64,000 nucleotides of DNA from Candidatus Cloacimonadota bacterium (GTDB lineage: Bacteria; Cloacimonadota; Cloacimonadia; JGIOTU-2): NCBI GenBank assembly GCA_049903315.1, contig JBNGBT010000004.1, positions 32,001 to 96,000 on the forward strand, written 5' to 3'. Positions within the stretch are counted from its first letter, which is position 1. The number at the start of each line of letters is the position of its first letter. Below the pieces are notes generated by a model. That model was not told the DNA's origin. It worked only from the letters and a program-made list of their open reading frames with translations, and did not search any database. The translations under genes were made by a program, and so were the position numbers. Below are positions 58,717 through 64,000 of the stretch, piece after piece.

Positions 58717-59895
58717 TTAAATCACTCCCAGCTTCTTACCAACCTTTTTAAATTTATCAAGAGCCATATCAAGTTGTTCATTTGTGTGAGTTGCCATGAA
58801 ACTGGTTCGGATCAAACAGTCATGTTCTGGAACGGCAGGAGGAATGACTGGATTGATGAAAACACCGTCATCAGCGAGTATGCGCCACATCTTAAAGGCA
58901 GTCATTAGTTCGCCCACATGCAGCGGAATGATGGGGGTGCAGCTTGTGCCGATATCATATCCCATGTCCGTAAATCCTTTTTGCATATACCTTGTGATCT
59001 CCCACAAGCGCTCGATGCGTTCTGGTTCGGACTCCATAATATCCAACGCTGCAATAACAGTCGCAGCAGAAGCAGGGGGCAAACTTGCACTGAAAATAAG
59101 AGGTCTGGAAAAATGCTTGAGATAGTGCATGAGCATTTCATTTCCTGCAATGAAACCACCAACTGAAGCAAGGGATTTACTGAAAGTTCCCATGACAACA
59201 TCAATTTTATCTGTGATTCCAAAGTGACTTGCAGTTCCGGAACCATTTTTCCCAAGCACACCGATAGAATGAGCATCATCGCACATTATTTGTGCATTAT
59301 ATTTCTCTGCCAGATGCACGATCTGAGGTAAGGGTGCGATATCACCTTCCATGCTGAATATGCCGTCAACAACGATTAATTTAGGAGTGTCCTCAATATT
59401 TTGGAGTACGCGCTCAAGGTCGTTCATATCATTATGATTGAATCGGAGCATTTTACCATACGATAAATGGCAGCCGTCTATGATACTTGCATGATCCAGC
59501 TTATCTGTGATGAAGTATTCTCCACGCCCCACGATCGTGCTCAGTACACCAAGATTTGCCTGATATCCTGTCGAATAAGCAAGTGCAGCGTCCATTCCAA
59601 CCAGATCAGCAAGCCGTCGTTCAAGCTCGATATGAATATCAAGTGTGCCGTTTAGAAAGCGCGATCCGGCACAACCGGTGCCATATTTCTTTATCGCATT
59701 TTCTGCAGCTTCTTTCACCTTGGGATGATTGGTAAGCCCGAGATAGCTGTTCGAACCGAGCATCAGGGTCTTCTTGCCGTTTACGATTACTTCAGTGTCT
59801 TGTTCGGAACTGATCACACGAAAATAGGGATAAAAACCTTGCTCTTCAAGGATTTTTGCTTCAGTAAAGCTTGCACATTTATCATAGAGATTCAT
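58717..59895 (-). CDS. Alpha-oxoamine synthase, probable serine palmitoyltransferase
   Basis: YPYFR, GSNSYLGL, YGTGCAGSRFLNGTLDIH, HASIIDG, DGIFSMEGD, DDAH and GTFSKS motifs. The family call is firm; the substrate is inferred. Confidence 0.8.
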   Translation of the reverse strand: MNLYDKCASFTEAKILEEQGFYPYFRVISSEQDTEVIVNGKKTLMLGSNSYLGLTNHPKVKEAAENAIKKYGTGCAGSRFLNGTLDIHIELERRLADLVGMDAALAYSTGYQANLGVLSTIVGRGEYFITDKLDHASIIDGCHLSYGKMLRFNHNDMNDLERVLQNIEDTPKLIVVDGIFSMEGDIAPLPQIVHLAEKYNAQIMCDDAHSIGVLGKNGSGTASHFGITDKIDVVMGTFSKSLASVGGFIAGNEMLMHYLKHFSRPLIFSASLPPASAATVIAALDIMESEPERIERLWEITRYMQKGFTDMGYDIGTSCTPIIPLHVGELMTAFKMWRILADDGVFINPVIPPAVPEHDCLIRTSFMATHTNEQLDMALDKFKKVGKKLGVI

Positions 59896-60074
59896 GGAGT
59901 ACTCCTTTTAAATTCACAAAGAATGTTGGATCAATGTGTTAGTAGTTTTATTGAATTTAATTTTCATTGCTCATATTTCAAAAATCTATTTTCCGGCTGT
60001 CAATAAATTTGGTTTTGAGCATTCAGTAAAAATATTGACATGAACAGTCCTCAAACAGCAATTAATATAAACCT

Positions 60075-62396
60075 ATGAAAAAGAAGATCATATTCATATT
60101 TCTGATAATTATATTATGCACAGGTAGTCTTTTTGGTGCAGAAAAATCACGTCCATCGATTGGGGTGGTATTGAGTGGCGGCGGTGCGAGGGGAATTGCC
60201 CATATAGGTGTGCTGAGGGCTTTGGAAGAATATAATATTCCGATAGATTTTATCGGGGGAACAAGTTTTGGCGCGCTAGTCGCAGTTTTCTATGCGTCAG
60301 GATATTCTGTCCAAGAAATGCAGGAGATCATTGAAAACACAGAATGGAATATTGCAACTAATCCAGACAGGCAGCAGTATTATTATTATTCAAGAAGGAT
60401 CAATGAAGCGAATGTGCTGAGAGTGCGATTCGAGGACTGGGAACTTAAATTTCCGAATTCTCTCGGCAATACACAGAAGATCGTCAGCCAGCTCGATTAT
60501 TATTTTACAAGAGCAAATTATCTATGCAGGAATAATTTTCTGAAGCTGAAAACTCCACTCTTTATTTCGACAACAAATATAAAAAACGGAGAGAATCACA
60601 TCTTCACTAAAGGGGAACTTCCCCAGGTTGTTCAGGCAAGCATGACAGTACCTTTCCTGCTGTCTCCTACTTTGATTGATTCGACATTCTATGTGGATGG
60701 AGGAATAACAAACAACCTTCCTATCAGCAGTATGCGTGATATGGGAGCTGATATTATTATCGCTTCAAATGCCACAAATTACCTGGCTACGGATACAGAC
60801 CTCACCAATATTTCGAGTTTTACAAACCAGCTTATCAACATCATGATGTTCTCAAAGATCAAAGATGAACTCACACAGGCAGACATCATCATCAGACCGT
60901 CTACGAAGCACATAAAGAATACTGAATTCTCGCGATTCAAGGAATTACTCACTCTCGGTTACTATGAAACATATTCTCATATCGACTCTATCTTGAGTAT
61001 CGTAAAACCGGATACAGTATATTTTGATGGTAAAAAATCACTCAACAGGATAGAGGGCAGGAAGATAATTATTCATGGCAATTCCTTATTCTCGGATGAG
61101 GAGCTCCTAAGCCAAAGTATTTTTGATTCTCTGAATTCTATTAACAAACTCAAGGAACATATTGAGGATTACTACATAAAGAAAGGGTATGTGCTCGTAG
61201 AAATTGTAAAAACCAATATCTCATCTGATGTAATTGAGATAGAATTAACTGAGGGAGTGATTGATGATGTGAAGATAATTGGCAATGCTCTTACAGATGA
61301 GAATGTCATTTTACGGGAAGTTAATACCAATCCCGGCGATATGTTCAATATTTTCAGTATTCAAAAAGATATTCAGCGAATCTACGGCACAAATTATTTC
61401 AATCTCGTAGATTTCACAGTAGTACCTCTCAGCAATGGAGCAGTGGATATTGTATTCTGCGTTTCCGAGAAGCCATTTGGTATCATAGAGGCAGGCGCAC
61501 AGTATGCATCCCAACAGGGAGCTTCCGGTTTTGTTTCTGTGGGGCATGATAATTTATTCGGTAAAGGTCATCTCCTACAATGGTATCTTCGATTTGGAGT
61601 TGATCGTAAGTATGGTGTACGTTTTAGTACGGATAGGATTTTTAACTCCAACTGGAACAATCTCCTACATTTATATCTGTATGATGATACAGAGAATCTG
61701 GAAAACAGATATTGGAATTTTCGGCTGGAAAGCGGTTTCTTTGATGACACAAAATTGGGAATGCTCTCGTTCATATTTGATTATCGGACCGCAAACCTGG
61801 AGTTTGAGAAAACCAGTTCCGGTATTGGCTTGCAGATTCTGTTTGATGATTTTGATAATATGCTGTATCCCACGAAAGGTCTTTATCGTAGGGCATCATA
61901 TGTACGCTTTGATAAAGCGCTTGGATCAATGAACAATTTCAGCGAAATTCAATTCGAGAACGGTTTCAGCTTTTCTATTCATAAGAAATGGACTCTTGAG
62001 AATTGGTCTCGATTATACCTTCATGACAGCGAAAGCGGGAATATTCCGGAAAACAGACTCTTTTTCCACAAGCCTGAGGATACATTCTATGGATTCAATT
62101 ACGATGAAGTAAAGGGAGAGGATATTATCTATGCTTCTCTGAAGTTGCGTTATCTTTTACGGGATTTTGCAATAAGCGATCCGCGGAAGCAACTTTTCTG
62201 TGTTGCAAAGATCGGGATAGGGGATTTTGGGAATATCGACTCGATGGAAGATTTTTGGAATATTTTTGATAAGGGAGAGAAAGTTGGGTATTCTGTCGGC
62301 TTGGAAATGACCACAATATTTGGGCCGGTCAAGTTTGCTTATGAGCAGAGCAAGAAGCACAGTTTTTGGAATTTTTCTATAGGATATTCTTTCTAG
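60075..62396 (+). CDS. Patatin-like phospholipase with POTRA domain(s) and Omp85 barrel (PlpD/type Vd-like)
   Basis: Signal peptide; GGGARG, GTSFG and VDGG catalytic motifs; POTRA-like IIGN-x-x-T-x-x-x-VI-x-RE; YPTKG, FGPV and C-terminal SIGYSF. Confidence 0.85.
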   Translation: MKKKIIFIFLIIILCTGSLFGAEKSRPSIGVVLSGGGARGIAHIGVLRALEEYNIPIDFIGGTSFGALVAVFYASGYSVQEMQEIIENTEWNIATNPDRQQYYYYSRRINEANVLRVRFEDWELKFPNSLGNTQKIVSQLDYYFTRANYLCRNNFLKLKTPLFISTTNIKNGENHIFTKGELPQVVQASMTVPFLLSPTLIDSTFYVDGGITNNLPISSMRDMGADIIIASNATNYLATDTDLTNISSFTNQLINIMMFSKIKDELTQADIIIRPSTKHIKNTEFSRFKELLTLGYYETYSHIDSILSIVKPDTVYFDGKKSLNRIEGRKIIIHGNSLFSDEELLSQSIFDSLNSINKLKEHIEDYYIKKGYVLVEIVKTNISSDVIEIELTEGVIDDVKIIGNALTDENVILREVNTNPGDMFNIFSIQKDIQRIYGTNYFNLVDFTVVPLSNGAVDIVFCVSEKPFGIIEAGAQYASQQGASGFVSVGHDNLFGKGHLLQWYLRFGVDRKYGVRFSTDRIFNSNWNNLLHLYLYDDTENLENRYWNFRLESGFFDDTKLGMLSFIFDYRTANLEFEKTSSGIGLQILFDDFDNMLYPTKGLYRRASYVRFDKALGSMNNFSEIQFENGFSFSIHKKWTLENWSRLYLHDSESGNIPENRLFFHKPEDTFYGFNYDEVKGEDIIYASLKLRYLLRDFAISDPRKQLFCVAKIGIGDFGNIDSMEDFWNIFDKGEKVGYSVGLEMTTIFGPVKFAYEQSKKHSFWNFSIGYSF

Positions 62397-63322
62397 TCCT
62401 TCACATCGCTTTCTAATTTATCACTTTTTTTGTTCTTTTGCCGGGAACTATATACGATCATTTCTCCGAGCAGGCCAAGTGAAATAAGCTGCACGCCGAC
62501 AACGATCAGAAGGATACCGAGAAAGAGCAGAGGTCTATTACTCAAACTCATACCAAAGAAAATTTTCTTCACCGCGAGCCATACACTAATTATAAATCCG
62601 ATAAGTGAGATGATCAACCCACTTGCCCCAAAGAGATAGAGAGGGCTTCTGCGATATTTTGTGATCATCGTCACAGTGAGCAGATCGAGGAAACCGCGTA
62701 TAAGACGACTTGCACCATACTTTGATCTTCCAAATTTTCGTTTATGATGAGTGACAACAATTTCAGTAACGGAAAATCCTTTTGACCACACTATAGCAGG
62801 AATATAGCGGTAAAGCTCTCCGTAAATATTGAGGGATTTTGCTGCGTCTCTGCGGTATGCTTTGTAACCGCAATTGTAATCGTGAAGGCGTAAATGGAAG
62901 ACCATAGACGTGATTAGGTTGAAAAATTTAGAGGGCCAGCGTTTCGTGATAGGATCTTTTCTTTTTTTCTTCCACCCGGAAACAAGATCATATCCTTCAT
63001 CGATCTTTTCGATAAAGCGAGGAATCTCTTTCGGGTCATCCTGAAGATCTGCATCCATGGTAAAAATGATCTCACCCTGTGCTTTATCAAATCCTGCTTG
63101 CAATGCTGCTGCTTTCCCAAAGTTTGTACGGAATCTGATTGGCTTGATATTGGCATCTTCTCGAGCGATCTCTTCTATAACAGTATATGAATTATCAGTA
63201 CTGCCATCATCAATAAAAATGATCTCGTACGTTGTGTTTGGAATGTTTTCTATGATCTCTTTGTGTAACACTTTAAGACTTTTTTCTTCATTAAAAACCG
63301 GGATCACAAAGGAAAGTTTCAT
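62393..63322 (-). CDS. Glycosyltransferase family 2, polyprenol-phosphate glycosyltransferase type (ArnC/GtrB-like)
   Basis: IPVFNEE, DDGSTD, NFGKAAAL, MDADLQDDP and G-x-SKY motifs; two C-terminal TM segments. Confidence 0.9.
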   Translation of the reverse strand: MKLSFVIPVFNEEKSLKVLHKEIIENIPNTTYEIIFIDDGSTDNSYTVIEEIAREDANIKPIRFRTNFGKAAALQAGFDKAQGEIIFTMDADLQDDPKEIPRFIEKIDEGYDLVSGWKKKRKDPITKRWPSKFFNLITSMVFHLRLHDYNCGYKAYRRDAAKSLNIYGELYRYIPAIVWSKGFSVTEIVVTHHKRKFGRSKYGASRLIRGFLDLLTVTMITKYRRSPLYLFGASGLIISLIGFIISVWLAVKKIFFGMSLSNRPLLFLGILLIVVGVQLISLGLLGEMIVYSSRQKNKKSDKLESDVKD

Positions 63323-63331
63323 GTTGTCTCC

Positions 63332-63991
63332 TTAAATAAATAAATATATGACAGTCATCGCCAGAGCAGATAGTATCGGAATGCTTATGTTATCATTGAT
63401 GTGAAGATCAACCGATTCAACCACAGCGGCGGTGAGTGCTCCGATAAGGATCATTATAACTGCAAGTTCTGGGTGTGCGCAGTCATAAGAGAATACGCGC
63501 TTAAGAAATAAAAAGTAGCTTAAAAGTCCCCACACAGAACACGCAAGAAAAGCACCGATCAATCCTTCAAGAGATTTTTTTGAGTGTATAAATTTTCTTC
63601 TCCCCATAGAAAGTCCAACGAAAGCTGCAAAAGTATCTCCTATTACCAGATAGGATATAGCAAGGAAAGCAATCTCTCTTGAAAAAACTGCAATTATCAC
63701 AACAGAAGCCGTGAGGAGGTATGACCCGCCGGTAAGCCTACTTACTTCAGAATCTCTGAGGTGAGAACCGAAAAGTTTCAGGAATTTGTGCCGATATTTT
63801 GGATTCTCAATTCTCGCAGAATCCCAGACCACTGATCCGATGGCAAAGGGCAGGAGTATTGCGATAGCAATGAGCTGGTTCTTAATCACAAAGTAATAGA
63901 GGACAGGAATAATGATCGCAAAGAGATGCGTGAGTTTCCTGTAAATTTCAATGTGACTAATTGGTTTGATTTCTGTTACCATCGTGTTCAT
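63332..63991 (-). CDS. CTP-dependent diacylglycerol/polyprenol (dolichol/phytol) kinase family; start may lie beyond the window
   Basis: EIYRKLTH, GDTFAAFVG, KKSLEG and DNISIP motifs; multiple TM segments. Confidence 0.82.
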   Translation of the reverse strand: MNTMVTEIKPISHIEIYRKLTHLFAIIIPVLYYFVIKNQLIAIAILLPFAIGSVVWDSARIENPKYRHKFLKLFGSHLRDSEVSRLTGGSYLLTASVVIIAVFSREIAFLAISYLVIGDTFAAFVGLSMGRRKFIHSKKSLEGLIGAFLACSVWGLLSYFLFLKRVFSYDCAHPELAVIMILIGALTAAVVESVDLHINDNISIPILSALAMTVIYLFI

Positions 63992-64000
63992 CTCGTAAAA

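Overview
Bacterial genomic DNA from a Gram-negative (diderm) organism. The protein families suggest the FCB group, possibly Cloacimonadota; this is an impression, not a database result. Bases 1-32109 are one long, very AT-rich, co-oriented (+) surface-polysaccharide locus. It encodes a 3-dehydroquinate-synthase-family gene, a pyruvyltransferase, several GT2/GT4 enzymes, a HisH/HisF/WbuX acetamidino cassette, a sulfotransferase, a WbpB/D/E-like diamino-uronic acid set, a Wzi-like protein, VanZ, a GxxExxY nuclease and a nucleotide-sugar dehydrogenase. The locus shows signs of remodelling: a 740-bp IS1595-family element with an internal stop and no target duplication, abutting a 5'-truncated iron-alcohol-dehydrogenase gene, and a decayed TPP-enzyme tail. 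The most striking non-coding structure is a set of ~127-bp hairpin-like units flanking the GxxExxY gene, with motifs at an exact 10-bp period around unrelated spacers. A ~790-bp convergent intergenic region follows, then a minus-strand housekeeping run (suhB, radical SAM, TPR, nadE, HAD, comEA, M28 peptidase, queF, Omp85, thrS, yhaM). The rest holds two tandem LruC-domain lipoproteins with different middle domains and identical terminators, an APC-EIIA transporter, PspC, a large outer-membrane protein, a probable serine palmitoyltransferase, a patatin-POTRA-Omp85 protein, a GT2 and a polyprenol kinase. No rRNA, tRNA or CRISPR array was seen.
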